Positions 22,146 to 35,096 of a stretch of DNA of 64,000 nt are shown here, piece by piece. Positions within the stretch are counted from its first letter, which is position 1, and every line of letters starts with the position of its first letter. The position numbers were made by a program, and so were the translations under genes. This DNA is from Octopus sinensis. Lineage: Eukaryota. Below the pieces are notes generated by a model. That model saw only the letters and a list, made by a program, of their open reading frames with translations, was not told the DNA's origin and made no database searches. The stretch covers positions 31,062,001-31,126,000 of the forward strand of contig NC_043004.1 in NCBI RefSeq assembly GCF_006345805.1, read 5' to 3'.

Positions 22146-22519
22146 AGCACAATGTTTAAATGGTGGTGCCCCAGCATGGCCACAGCTCGTGAGCTGAAAC
22201 TAGAATCAATCAATATATGTACTATATATACATAGTACATATATAATCATGAACATATATATATATATATATATATAAAGTCATGATTATTAGCTCTGCA
22301 GCTTCCAGCTTGTGATTGCTAGTGGTCTACATTGAGGGAATATTGATAAAGTAATTACTTAATAAATCAATTAATAATATTTCCATTTTATCACTCCAAT
22401 ATAAAATCAAGAATGATTATTTAAAGATAACAGGTATTCAACAACTCCAATCTCAGGAGTAAGACTAGTCATGTATGGTATGCAGTAAATAAACACAATA
22501 TAAAAGAATGGATAATGTA

Positions 22520-23800
22520 CAGGGGTTGGACAAAATAAATGGAAACACCTAGCATCATAGCATCGTAATTTTGAAATATCTATAAAACTGTCAAAATCTT
22601 GTTTATGTTTATGTTTTTTGATTTATTATTAGTGTTGCTTAATATGTTTTGCTAAAATTGCTGTTTCGTTTCAGACATCATCAGAAAAAGGTGATTAAAA
22701 TTCATTAAAATGACAGATCTATCAGACTTTCAAAGAGGTCAAATTGTTGGTGCTCGTATGGCAGGTGCTAGTGTAACAGAAACAGCTGAAATGTTTGGTG
22801 TATCAAGAAGTATGGTCTCGAAAGTAATGGCAGCCTTTGAGAAAGAGGGAAAAACCTCCTCATCAAAACAAAACTCTGGAAGAAAACCAAAACTTTCAGA
22901 TAGGGACCGTCGAACTCTTACATGAATTGTTAGAAAGGATTGCAAAAGTACAGCTCCCAAAATTATAGCAGAGCTTAATGACCACCTTGAGAACCCAGTT
23001 TCCACAAAAGCTGTTTACCGAGAGCTACACAATGCTAGAATTCATGGGAGGGCTGCAATCAGAACACCACTACTTTCAAAAACAAACGTTGCAAAGCATT
23101 TACAGTGGAGTAAAAACCTACAGAGTTGGTCCCAAGAACAGTGGAAGAATGTTATTTTCTCGAACAAGTCATCCTTTACCTATTTCTGACCACCAGCCGA
23201 GTATATGTATGGAGACTGCTAAAAGAAGCATTTGACCCAGACTGTCTTCTTCCAACTGTTAAACATGTAGGAGGATCTATGATGATATGGAGGGCTATAT
23301 CTTGGAAATCCGCCAGCCCAATGGTTTCCCTTCATGGCAGAATTAATATTCAAGACTATTTAAGCATTCTATCTGATCAAATTCATCCTATGATTGCAGA
23401 ACTGTTTCCAGAGGGAAATGCAATCTTTCAGGATGATAATGCACCAATTCACCAATTCACACGGCTAATGTTGTTACTGAATGGCATGAGGACAATTCTA
23501 GTGAAATTGAACATCTTATCTGGCCACCACAGTCCCCAGATCTGAATATTATTGAACATTTATGGTGCATTTTAGAAAAACAAGTAAGGAGTCGATATCC
23601 TCCAACACCATTACTACAAGAACTAGAGACTGTTTTAGCTGAAGAATGGAGAAAAATTCCTTTGGAAACAATTCAAACTTTGTACTAGTCCATACTTCAT
23701 AGAATTCAAGCAGTAATTACTGACAAAAGTGATCCTATCCCATATTAAAATTAATTTGTTTGAAATTTTAAGGTGTTTCCATTATTTTGTCCAACCCCTC
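22520..23800 (+). mobile_element. Tc1-family (DD34E-type) transposon, full length with defective transposase
   Basis: TIRs at 22520-22550 and 23771-23800 with flanking TA. ORF from 22710 (MTDLSDFQRGQIVGARMAGAS) with motifs FQDDNAPIH and WPPQSPDLNIIEHLW; stops and frameshifts present. Confidence 0.92.
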
Positions 23801-23889
23801 TATATGTATACTTACATACACACACACACACACATATATATGTAAAAGAATATATATATATACATATATATACATGTATAAAAGAACAT

Positions 23890-24057
23890 ATCAGGCGATT
23901 TCTACCAACAAGGTATTGAAAATCTTGTTGAACATTGGGAAGAAGTTGTAAACAACAAGGGTGAATACATCATTGATTAATTAGTTGCTATTTTTTATTA
24001 AACCTTTAAAAAATTAAAATTTTTTTAAATGGCGGGAACTTAGTTGCCAACCAAATA
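23890..24057 (+). mobile_element. Mariner 3' end fragment
   Basis: FYQQGIENLVEHWEEVVNNKGEYIID* followed by a TIR-like end. Confidence 0.7.
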
Positions 24058-24061
24058 GTTT

Positions 24062-24745
24062 GCATGCATCACAGAACTTCAGTTGCCTAGTTCCCTCTTT
24101 GTTTCAGGAACCAATTCCATGGCCCCCATGACCACCATGTAAGATACAGTATTGCCATCCAACATGCCCATTAAAATCTCCAGCCACAAAGGTGAGGTCA
24201 TTGCCACCTCTCTTTGAGGTAGCCTGTAGAAGGGTATTATCAAAGTGGTCCTTCTGGTCGTTTGGTAGGCCAGCTTGTGGGGCGTAGGCAGAGATAATTG
24301 TAGCTATACTATTCTGCAGGACTAGCCTGAGCTTAAGCACTCTGTCACATATTCTGACTACATCTATGACCTTATCCACCCATTTCTCTGCAAGGAGTAT
24401 GCCTACACCCTCGCTGTTACCTTCGCAGAAAATTTTATTCCTATGTGCCTTGCCTGTGAGAACCCTGGCTGAAGATCCTCTCCACCTTACCTCTTGTATG
24501 CAGCATACATCAACATGTCTCTGATCAAGCATGTCTACAACTCACTAGACTTACCTTTTAGTGTGCCTACATTGAAAGTACTAACTCTAAAAACTGGGAA
24601 AGGAATGTGGGAGGAGGTATGGGGAGGAGAGATGTTATTCAGTGCCTGAAAAGAAGGTTTCCGTATTCGCTTGATAGACATATGACATTCTACACCTGTT
24701 CTCACTTTTGACCTGACATTATTCAAACATTCAAGCGTGTTAAGA
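24062..24745 (-). mobile_element. RTE LINE N-terminal apurinic endonuclease fragment
   Basis: STFNVGTL, VDVCCIQEVRW, SAYAPQ, VAGDFNGHVG and a GSRNxEG-like motif; disrupted by a stop and a frameshift. Confidence 0.88.
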
Positions 24746-26551
24746 TATATATATATATGAAAGATACAGGAAGTTTTCATCAGGGTAACTCAAACTAATA
24801 TGTATGTGCCCTGAGTGCTCAAATTGGTGTGCCACTAAAATTCCAGTTCGAATTGCAGTTGAAGGTGTGTTTTTTGACTGCCTTTTTAAAGTGGCTAGAA
24901 GTAGCTTCCCCTTGAGTTTGTAGGTACAGATTAAAGCAAAAAAGAAAAAGCAAACAGTTTAGCAAGTCTTGACAAGGGCATGTAATTCAGCTATATAATA
25001 ATAGGATAGTCTCTGACAGCTTGAGTATTCCACCATTGGAGAGAGACAGGTTAAACATATGTAACAGTGGAATAAAAAAAAAGAAAATTCCTTATCAATA
25101 ATAGTCATCGTGGTTCATTAAGTCTAGAAAGGGAGGAGAAATCCAATTGAAACCAAGGAAAATCTCTATCATTCCATCATTCAACAATGAGAACTCAGTA
25201 GTTTGATTCACACTGTTTGTTTTTGCTTCTCTGTTTTAATCTATCTATCTGTGTGCACGTGCATGCGTGTGTGTGATTGTATAGGTATAATTAAAGGTAT
25301 TCCAATCATAGTAATTACATTTTCTTGTCTATCAATCACTGCATTATTCAAAGTATTCATTCTTTATTCAAGGTGCCAGAGTGTGAGTCGAAGGAGATTT
25401 AACTGTTATTTACAGTAGTTTGATAAACAGGAAAAGATTTCTTCATAGGCTTATGTCAAATCCAATTTTTTTTTGTTTGGTAAAGACAAAGCCACTGCCT
25501 TTTGTATTAAGAATGTAAACATCTGTTACTGATGTAAACATTTTCTTACAACAGAATTAAACAATCTCCAAGAGATCATACGATTAAGTTTACCATGACT
25601 TTCTATCATACTATTTCTGAAATTTATTCAGTCCATTTCAGCGTACTATCCTGTAGTTACTAAGTGTTGTAGTGTAAATAGTATTAGACCAGCAAATTTA
25701 TCAATCTGACAGCTTATTTACATTACTTAATGGCTTGTTTAACTCATATATGAACATACATATATGTTTGTACACACACACACACACACACACATGCACG
25801 TGTACATACCTACATAAATACAAACACACACACATATATATATATATCCAGACACACATGTACAAGGGCAAAGCATTCTGATAAATACAAAAATGTATTT
25901 GTAATTTGTTGATGAAATCATTTAAAAGTGAATCTTTCACTTCATTGTTTGAAATGCAATTCAGGTAGGATGCCAGTGCAACTAAGGTAAATATAAATAT
26001 TTCAGCCAAGCATAAGTATCAGCTATTACCTACTCAAGTGTAACATAGTAATAACAAATTTTTTTTTTCCTACATAGCTTCATATGATTGCAAATGAACA
26101 ATCAGGTGTGTTTATTTTAATGGCCTATTAATGTATACAGGGAATTTTTTTATCCTAGGGGTTGGAAAGACACTCAGCAAGAAATGGAAACAAAACTGAA
26201 AGAAGAAAAACTCATAATAATAATATATTCTTCTGCCATTGCAATTAGTTTCGAGAAAATAGCAGTTATAAGAAAACTCACCTAAATCTCTAATATTCTC
26301 TTAGGATATGTATTTATTTATGTTGCAGCTTGTGAACAATAGAAACAATGGTTTCATGTCTGCAACAGACCAATCACAGATTTTCTATATTCAGAAGGAG
26401 AGAGACAAAAGAGAATCTGGGCAACTTGAGACCAAGCAAACATCCCATGGGGTTTCATTCATAAAACGCTGGCTTTGGCTTTTTCTTGTTGCCATTAATA
26501 ACCTGCATCAATATTTCTTACCAATACACTATCACACACACACACACATGC

Positions 26552-26615
<64 letters not shown>

Positions 26616-28092
26616 ACGTGTGTGTATGGTAGTGCTGATGAGGAAAATTTCTATCATTCCACCATTCAACAATGAGAACTCAGTTGTTTGATCAACTGAA
26701 TTATCTGCCCTTGAATTAACATGCAGGTGGTTGTGTATCCTTAATGTATTTCTCATGTGGACTCAGAATGTTACAAGGCTGTACATTTTGAATTACATAC
26801 ATAATTCACCCAATGAGGTTCTATACAGTTTCTGCCTTTCCAGTTTCACTCACAAAGTATGGGATGATCCAAAGCTACAGAAGATGATATTTGCCTAAGA
26901 TGCCAAGCAGAGGAGCCAAAGCTAGGACCTCGTGGTTGTAAAGCAAACAACTTGACCATCTGACCACACTGCTCCTGCATTCATACACACACACACACAC
27001 ACACACATAGGATAGGCTTCTGTCCACTATCTGATTCTTAAATTCCACACCCACAAGGTACTGGTCAACCCATGGATATGGTACAGGACATTTTACCCAA
27101 GTGCTGTGCAATAGAATTGAACTCACAAGTGTATGGTTCCAAAGCAAACTCATGTAACACTTTAGTTTTGATGATTTTCATCAAACTATAGTTGTATTAG
27201 GGTGAACTTACTTTTTGCTCACCCTAATACACTTTCAATCATTAGTATGGTCAGTCAAGAACACCTTTAACCATTAGTCTGCTCAATCAGGACTGACCAG
27301 TGGCTAAACAATTTTGAGACAACATTTGCCTGATAAATTTGAACATATTTAAATAGGGTCAGCAGACATTCTTAAATACATGTCAGTATTTGACTCACAG
27401 ATTAACAACACTTGAGTGTTATGTCACTGCATGTGAACAAGTGACTAAAGGTGGTCAGTCACACACCAATGTCTGTCTCATCTAGGCTGCATGTGGTGTG
27501 TGTGTGTGTGTGTGTTTGTGCATGTGTGTTTCCATTAGATACACAAGAGGCAGCAAAAAACAGAGATTAATGTCAGACAAGAAAATGGACAGAAATTGCC
27601 ATTGAATGATGGAGAAAACAAGCGAGGAAGGAAGGAAGAAGGAGGTGGGATGGCTTTGAAGTGAATGACATAAAAACGGAAAGAAAGAAAGGAGAGAAGG
27701 AAAATCATGTATCAAATTTTAATGGTTTCTTCATCTATATGTCTTTTGCAATAATTTCTATTTTAAAACCATTTACATACTAAAATAGAGATTTTTCTTT
27801 TTCCACCGAGACACATATTAGTTGTTGCTGTTGTTGTTGTTGTTTAACTCCGAGTCAGCTCTGATCACCCCATCTGTTTAAGCATATCTTTTTACTTGTC
27901 TCAGTCATTAGACTGTGGCCATGCTGGAAGAATTTTAGTTGAACAAACTGACGCCAGGATTATTCTCTAAAGCCTGATACTTATTCTATCATTCTCTTTT
28001 GCCAAACCACTAAGTGATGGCAATGCAAACACAATGGCACCAGTTGTCAAGTAGTGATGAGGGACAAACACATATACAAAGGCACACACACA

Positions 28093-28146
<54 letters not shown>

Positions 28147-28220
28147 ATATAATTAGGGCTTAGTAAAATAAATTACTTTGCCACATACTGAACTTAGTAG
28201 AAATAGTATATATATATATA

Positions 28221-29369
28221 CTAGCTGGTGTACCCGGTAATTCCCGGGGGTAAAGATGTTCTATTGAAACACCTTATTATTATTATTTTGATATAAGAAA
28301 GCAATTTCGTTATAACTGCCACAAATGGTGTATTTTCCGTCAGCTGGAGGAGGGAGAGATTGTTGGAGGTTGGCAAGAGAGGTTTTCGGAAGTTGGCGAG
28401 AAAGAATGTCGGAGGTTGGTGAGAGAGGTTATCAGAGGTTGGCAAGAGGCAAAGACATTATTCTGCTTAGTGATGTATAACTGCTATCATTCAAAGAATA
28501 ACTATTGTTTTACCGTGAGAAAAGTGCTGTTCAAGTGTTAAATGAAATTTGGTAATTGAGGATCGAATCCACGCTATGCCTGTATGAAGCCACTACAAAT
28601 ACATTGTAAAAAAATCTATCTACTGTCACGGAAAAAGTGTAACTGTAAAAATGCAGAATTATCAGAGTAATGGCATTCAAAAAAGTATGTATGTATAGAA
28701 ATGTATGAATGAAGTCTTTAATGTTTAAGATTCAAATTAAGGAAGTGCAATAATAATATTTAGCAGTTCAAAACTGTGAGTAGTGAAATGCAGAATTAGG
28801 TCAGCTGATCATGAGAATCAAATATTGATTGCTTCGCTAAAATCTGCAGGTGGTATGGGTTATTTCCCTTGGGTTGTTTAAATAAAACATTAGTAATATG
28901 TAGTAGATAGAAGGATCCATTGGAAGGGCCCTATTATCAACTTTTTTCAACAATCTAAGTATGTCACAAGGTTTCCAGACATGAGTTCTACTCAAATGTC
29001 AAATAAAGTATAAAAGTGATATTGTCTGCAAAAATTAGAAATAGGCCACACAAAAAAATCAATATTCAAAGTAATCAAACATAAACACTGAAATGGTTTA
29101 TTTCCCTTGAGTGTTTAAAAAAAAATATTGTACAGGAGCTACAGGTTATTTCCCTTGGGTGTTTAAAAATATTAGTAATATGAGGTAAATATAAAGGTCC
29201 CTTCCAGGGACTGTATTATCGATTTTTTCAACAATCTACGTATGTCACGAGGTTTCCATACATGAGTACTACTACTATGTCAATTTTCATCAAAATCAAT
29301 AAAACGATGTAGGCGTTAGCTAACAATGCCACTAACAAACATACATCAAATTTCCACATATGTAGTAGA
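28221..29369 (-). mobile_element. Non-autonomous Helitron
   Basis: 5' end A|TCTACTAC at 29370/29369. 3' hairpin cccgg-gaatta-ccggg (28248-28233) is followed by 8 nt and CTAG|T at 28224-28220. Internal direct repeats of about 140 bp and about 20-nt tandem repeats. Confidence 0.78.
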
Positions 29370-32324
29370 TATACATACACACACATATATATATACATAT
29401 ATATAAGTGAATTTTTTATATATAAAATATAGCGGCATACATACACTTTGGTCTCTTATATGAAAGTATATATATATAAATTTTGTACGACTCTATTGTT
29501 CTTTGTATTCTTTCATTCTTTCTTTCAGCCCTTTTACACTTCATTCATTCCTCTCTTCATTCTTTCATTCCCCCTCTCACATTTCTTGGCCTTCCCTTCA
29601 TGCTCACTTTCCCTCTTTCTCTTCACTGTGTCACTTTCACTTTTTTCTCGCCCCTCCTTAATTCTTCTCTCCCCACATGACCGGTGATCGGCCAGGCCTG
29701 ACCTTTCTCTCTTGATTGGACTACTGTCTGTGCAACATCTATTCCTTCCTGTGCTTGTTAAATCCCATGTCCCTGCCATAAGGCTTTACTTCCACACATG
29801 CCAGCTTAATTAAATTCGTCCTTAGTCGAAAGACAACTGTTGTTATATCCTGTTATTTGTATTTGTGTTATGGTTTCAGCTTTTAAGCAAAAACAAAATT
29901 AACAACCACATAATCAAAATATTAAATTAATCCATCATATGTGTCATCATCATCACCATTTAATGTCTGTTTTCCATACTGGCATGGGTTGGATGGCTTG
30001 ACAGGAACTGGCAAGGCCAGGGGCTGCATCAGGTTCCATAATCTGTTACGACTTGGTTTCTATGGCTAGATGACCTTCCTAATGGCAACCACTCTACAGA
30101 ATGTACTGGGTGCTTTTTACATGGCACCATCATGAGTGCTTTTTTACGTGGAACCAGCATCAGTGCTTTTTTAAATGGAACCAACACACACACCAATGCT
30201 TTTTACATGCTTATTTTATTGACACCCATGTGTAAGTTAACCTCAGTGAGAATTAAATTCAGAATGGAGTGAAGTGAAGTAAAATACCACAAGGTTAGTC
30301 TAGTCTATGCACAAATGAAAGTCTAACAGGTCTGACTATATAATGGTTCCTAATTTAGGCAGAATACCAGCAGGTTTAAGAGGAAGGAGTTAGTTGATGC
30401 TATTGACCCAAGTACTTCACATTTGATTTTATAGACCTGGGAAGAAGAACAGCAAAGTAGACCTTGGTAGGATTTGAACTCAAAATGCAGAAAGAAATAT
30501 TGCAAGATATTTTTACTAAGGCTCTAACAATGCAATCAGCTCACCACTTTGATAGGTCTAACTATATTAGAAAAGCCTTATAGAAGTTGTTCTAAAACAA
30601 GTAACAGGTTATTAGTTAGGAAAGAGCCCAGCAGTGTAACAAGTATCTTTTCTAAAAGGTCAAAATAGTAGCTGTAACAAAATTTGAACTTATGCCTGTG
30701 ACCAGCAGACTAACAAGTTAATTTTACAACCACTAAAAAAATAATGTGTTTTCAAACAATAAAATATGTAGGTGGTTTCAATTTTTTAAACTGAAACAGT
30801 GGAATGAAAGGAACCAGGGATGGACTACCTCAGCAAAAAATATACAAACCTTATGATGAAATAAGTTACTTCAATAGTGAAAGGTTAAAACTTCTCTTCT
30901 TCCTCACAACAAAATAATTTAATCTTGTAATGTTCATTTCCAGTTTGACATTTCTAGGCTAAACTAACCTAGAAATAGCATTAAAAAAAACTTATTGTTA
31001 GTTGGAGGATTACTGACTGTTTGTTAGAATGTATGTAATTTTTGTGGGGGAGGCAACATCTATGGACCTCTGTAGGCATTTCTAGTGGTAAAAAGGAGAA
31101 GACCAGAAGTACCCATGGCCACTGTAGGCATCTCTGGTAGACACAGAGAAGTTAAGGAGTGCCTATGTTCACTTGTAGGCATTCCCAGTGGACACAAAGT
31201 GATCAGTACAATTAGATGTATCTGAATTTCTATAGATCAACACTTAGAAAAGAAAAAAAAAAACGGACAGAGAAGAAATTGCAGAGGTATACATTCTTTG
31301 GAGGAAAAGGATTGTCTTTATTGCAAAGTGGTATGGAGCTGACTAATTCAGATATGCAGTAGTCACCATTGTAAAAAAAAAAGGTAATAAAAATATATGA
31401 AAAGAAAAAGAAACCAACCAGTTTATTTATAGGAAGTTGATTGTCATATGTTGGTGAGTAAGTCTTCACCAATAAGCGTCTGAAAGCAGAACTCCTACAA
31501 AGGTAACATTTGAGCTTTGTAAAGGTCAATAACTAAACAGAGTTGAAATATTAGTATACTTCCCTAATCCCCACTTCTCTAATACTCATTTCTAGCCCTT
31601 CTGTCACCATTGTTTTCCAAATTTATATTTACTGTGCACAAGACTCTGCTCCACACACACAAACACTAACTTTCTCACTGTAAAATGACTGGTTAAATAA
31701 GCAAAGTTTAAGGTTATAAGCTCCCTCTAATTCTGACTACCTAGAGTTGGTGCTGTGAGAAAATGCATCAAATACACTCAGTAAAGCAGTTGGTGAGAAG
31801 AAAAAGCACCTAGCCAGAGAGGCCAAGCCAAATAACACCTACAAGTATCAAGTCTTTGGGAGATGTAGCTCCTGATAGGAGATGACTCAGACAGTAATGA
31901 TCCATCTGACCTATGCCAGCACAGAAAGCAGATGTAAAATGATGATGATGACAAAAACAAAAAAAAACTCCAAATGTATTTTATTGTATTCATAGAGATT
32001 GATAAACCAATTCGGTTTCAGTTCATGGCTACATATATTTCACTTTCTCAACTTCAATGGAACAAGGTAAATATCACACTTCATTACCTCACCTCTCTGT
32101 AAGTCTGAGATACAATTTTAGGTAATGTTTACATGAGCCAATTAATGAGATTGTTCCTGTATTTCATATAAATCCCTGGAAATGGTTTACAGTTATATGA
32201 AGGCCAATCTTAATTTACATTTGTTAAACATAATAAATTAATATAGAATACCATCAACAGACTTGGTATTTTACCATTTTTGCCCTCACGTTATTATTAA
32301 TAATGCAGCATGCTCGCAAAATTA

Positions 32325-33410
32325 TTACCACATAAGGCAAAATGCTTAGTGGCATTTCTTCTGATTCATTATGTTTTTAGTTCAAATTCCACTAATGTTG
32401 ACTTCGGGGTTGGTGTTATCAAATTTCAATTTTCCCCTCAAAATTGTTGGCCTTGTGCCTTAACAATAAAGAATTATAATTGTTATTATTTTAAGCCTCC
32501 ATAACTGAGAGGTTAGAGCACTGGTCTTGTAAACCAGGGATTGTGAGTTCAATTCTCACTGTGAGCTTTGATGTAACGTTAAGACAGCAAACTGACCGAA
32601 TCTTTTGCATGCAGAGTGAAATGCTTAGTAGCATTTTGTCTGTCTTCACGTTCTGAATTCAAGATGTGTCATGCTCAACTTTGCCTTTCATCCTTTCAGG
32701 ATCAATGAAATAAGTACCAGGGTTGATGCAACAAACTTATCCTTTCCTGAAATTACTGACCTTGTACCAAAATTTGAAAGAATTTTTATTATTATTATTA
32801 TCTAAGGTGGCAAGCTAGCAGAATTGTTAGCATGCGGGCAAAATGCTTATTTGTCCGTCTTTACAATCCGAGTTCATATTCCGCCAAGATCGACTTTGCC
32901 TTTCGTCCTTTTGAGGTTGGTAATTTAAGTACCAGTCAAGTACTGGGGTCAATGTGATTGACTTTCTCCCCCCCCCCCCCACAAAATTTCAGGCCTTATT
33001 ATTATTAAGAAAGTGGCGAGCTGGCAGAATCATTAGCACACTGGATGAAATGCTTAGCGGTATTTCACCTGTCACTATGTCCTGAGTTCAAATTCCAAGA
33101 TCGATAAATTAAGTACCAGTGAAACACTGGCATTGATGTAATCAACTAGTGCCCTTTCCCAAAATTTCAGGCCTTGTGCCTTTAGTAGAAAGTATTGTTA
33201 TTATTATCATAATTAAGGCAGCAAGCCGGCAGACAAAATGCTTGGCAGCATTTCTTCCAGCTCTTTACAATCTTAATTCAAGTCACACCAAAATCAACTT
33301 TACCTTTCATCCTTTTGGGATCAATAAAATGAAGTACCAGTCAAGTACTGAGGATGATACAATCTATTTACTTTTCCACTAAATTTGCTGGCTTTTTGCC
33401 AAAGTTTGAA
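32325..33410 (+). mobile_element. Cluster of five head-to-tail OK-like SINE copies with (ATT)n tails
   Basis: Copies start at about 32325, 32590, 32804, 33011 and 33216; same family as 5062-5660. An isolated copy lies at about 36620-36815. Confidence 0.8.
32495..32567 (+). pseudogene. tRNA-Thr(UGU) pseudogene
   Basis: 73 nt. Perfect anticodon stem CTGGT/ACCAG with TGT at 32528-32530 and perfect T stem GTGAG/CTCAC. Acceptor and D stems each have two mismatches; no strong terminator. Confidence 0.8.
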
Positions 33411-33450
33411 AGAATAATTATTATTGTTACTCTAATAGCATTAGCAGTTT

Positions 33451-33599
33451 TGTGGTAAGTAGCTTGCTTACCAACCACATGGTTCCGGGTTCAGTCCTAC
33501 TGCGTGACATCTTGGGCAAGTGTCTTCTGCTATAGCCCCGGGCCGACCAATGCCTTGTGAGTGGATTTGGTAGACGGAAACTGAAAGAAGCCTGTTGTA

Positions 33600-33667
<68 letters not shown>

Positions 33668-33887
33668 GTGTGTGTGTGTGTGTCTGTGTTTTTTCCCCTA
33701 GCATTGCTTGACAACCGATGCTGGTGTGTTTACGTCCCCGTCATTTAGCGGTTCGGCAAAAGAGACCGATAGAATAAGTACTGGGCTTACAAAGAATAAG
33801 TCCCGGGGTCGATTTGCTCGACTAAAGGCGGTGCTCCAGCATGGCCACAGTCAAATGACTGAAACAAGTAAAAGAGTAAAGAGAGTA
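33451..33887 (+). mobile_element. CORE-type SINE copy
   Basis: Same family as 6352-6733. Confidence 0.85.
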
Positions 33888-34747
33888 TCGTTTCTTTTAG
33901 AGTAACTTCAATAAAAATCCATGTGTTGAGATAAACAGAATATCATTTATATAATTATCAAAGATATGTCTAATATCACAGAACATTTGATTTCAGTGAT
34001 AAATATCAAATATGTCCAATATCATGGAACATATCAGCTTTATGTAGCAAGGTTCTCATCTGAGAACTACAAAACACTTGTTGATTATATAACCAAAAGG
34101 TGTTTTGTAGCTCTCAGATACACCATAAAACTCCATAATATGTACCGTTTATTTTATCGCTGAAACCAAGAGGAAAGTATATAGTAGATGGTATTATAAC
34201 AGATTTAAGATGTTTTAGGCCCCAAAATCAGAATGTGCATTTTACATGGAAGTGTGAAAAATGTTTAGTGAATGTGTGTGTGTGTGTGTGCATATATATA
34301 TATATATATAATTTGTCAGTGGATCATATATCTGAAAAAGAAGCACACTCCAAAGTATAAAGCAGTAATGTATTCACATATAGTTAAATGTATGTCTTGG
34401 TCATAGAGTGACCAATAGTCTTGCATCCATAAAGCTCTATGAACAATTCATCAGACCTGAATCTTAGAGTCTGAAGAATTGTCCATAAAGCGAAGTGCTT
34501 TATGGATGCAAAACCATTGGTCACTCTATGACCAAACATATATATAACCGCATGTAAACAAATATATATGCGTGTGGGTATGTGTACATAAAATGGTCCT
34601 GAAAAGATAGAGCATCCAAGTATTTTCAATGAGCCATTCAACCCAAACTCAAGGCTATCTAGACTCCTGAATTGGAGTCTCGGTGAAGACTAATCTGCTG
34701 GTGTGCAAAATCCTGGTAGACAGGAACTGAAAGAATTTTGTCAAATG

Positions 34748-34879
34748 AATTGACCCTAGTACTTATTTCTTTTAAGCCTTGTACTTGTTCTAGTGGTCTT
34801 TTTGCTGAACTGCCAAGCTATGGGGATGTAAACATACCAACACTGGTTAAGCAGTGGTAGAGGGACAAACATACACACC

Positions 34880-34932
<53 letters not shown>

Positions 34933-35096
34933 GGATGATGGGCTTCTTTCAGTTCCTGTGTATCAATTCCACTCACAAGGCTTTGGTTGGCCTGAGGCTA
35001 GAGCAGAAGGCTCTTACCAAAGGTCCATGCAGTGGGACTGAACCCAGAACCATGTGGTTGGGAATCAATCTTCTCGTGGCACAACCATGCCTGCAC
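34748..35096 (-). mobile_element. CORE-type SINE copy, partly decayed
   Basis: Reverse complement of the family, with an internal (TA)n(GA)n tract. Confidence 0.8.

Noticed and set aside
25701-26009. ORF starting with a hydrophobic, signal-peptide-like segment (possible receptor exon)
   Set aside because: It begins at TTG, runs into a microsatellite, and has no recognisable family motif or companion exons.
29480-29880. Pyrimidine-rich repeat possibly related to Penelope pseudo-LTRs
   Set aside because: No hammerhead core or other diagnostic motif could be read, so it was left unclassified.
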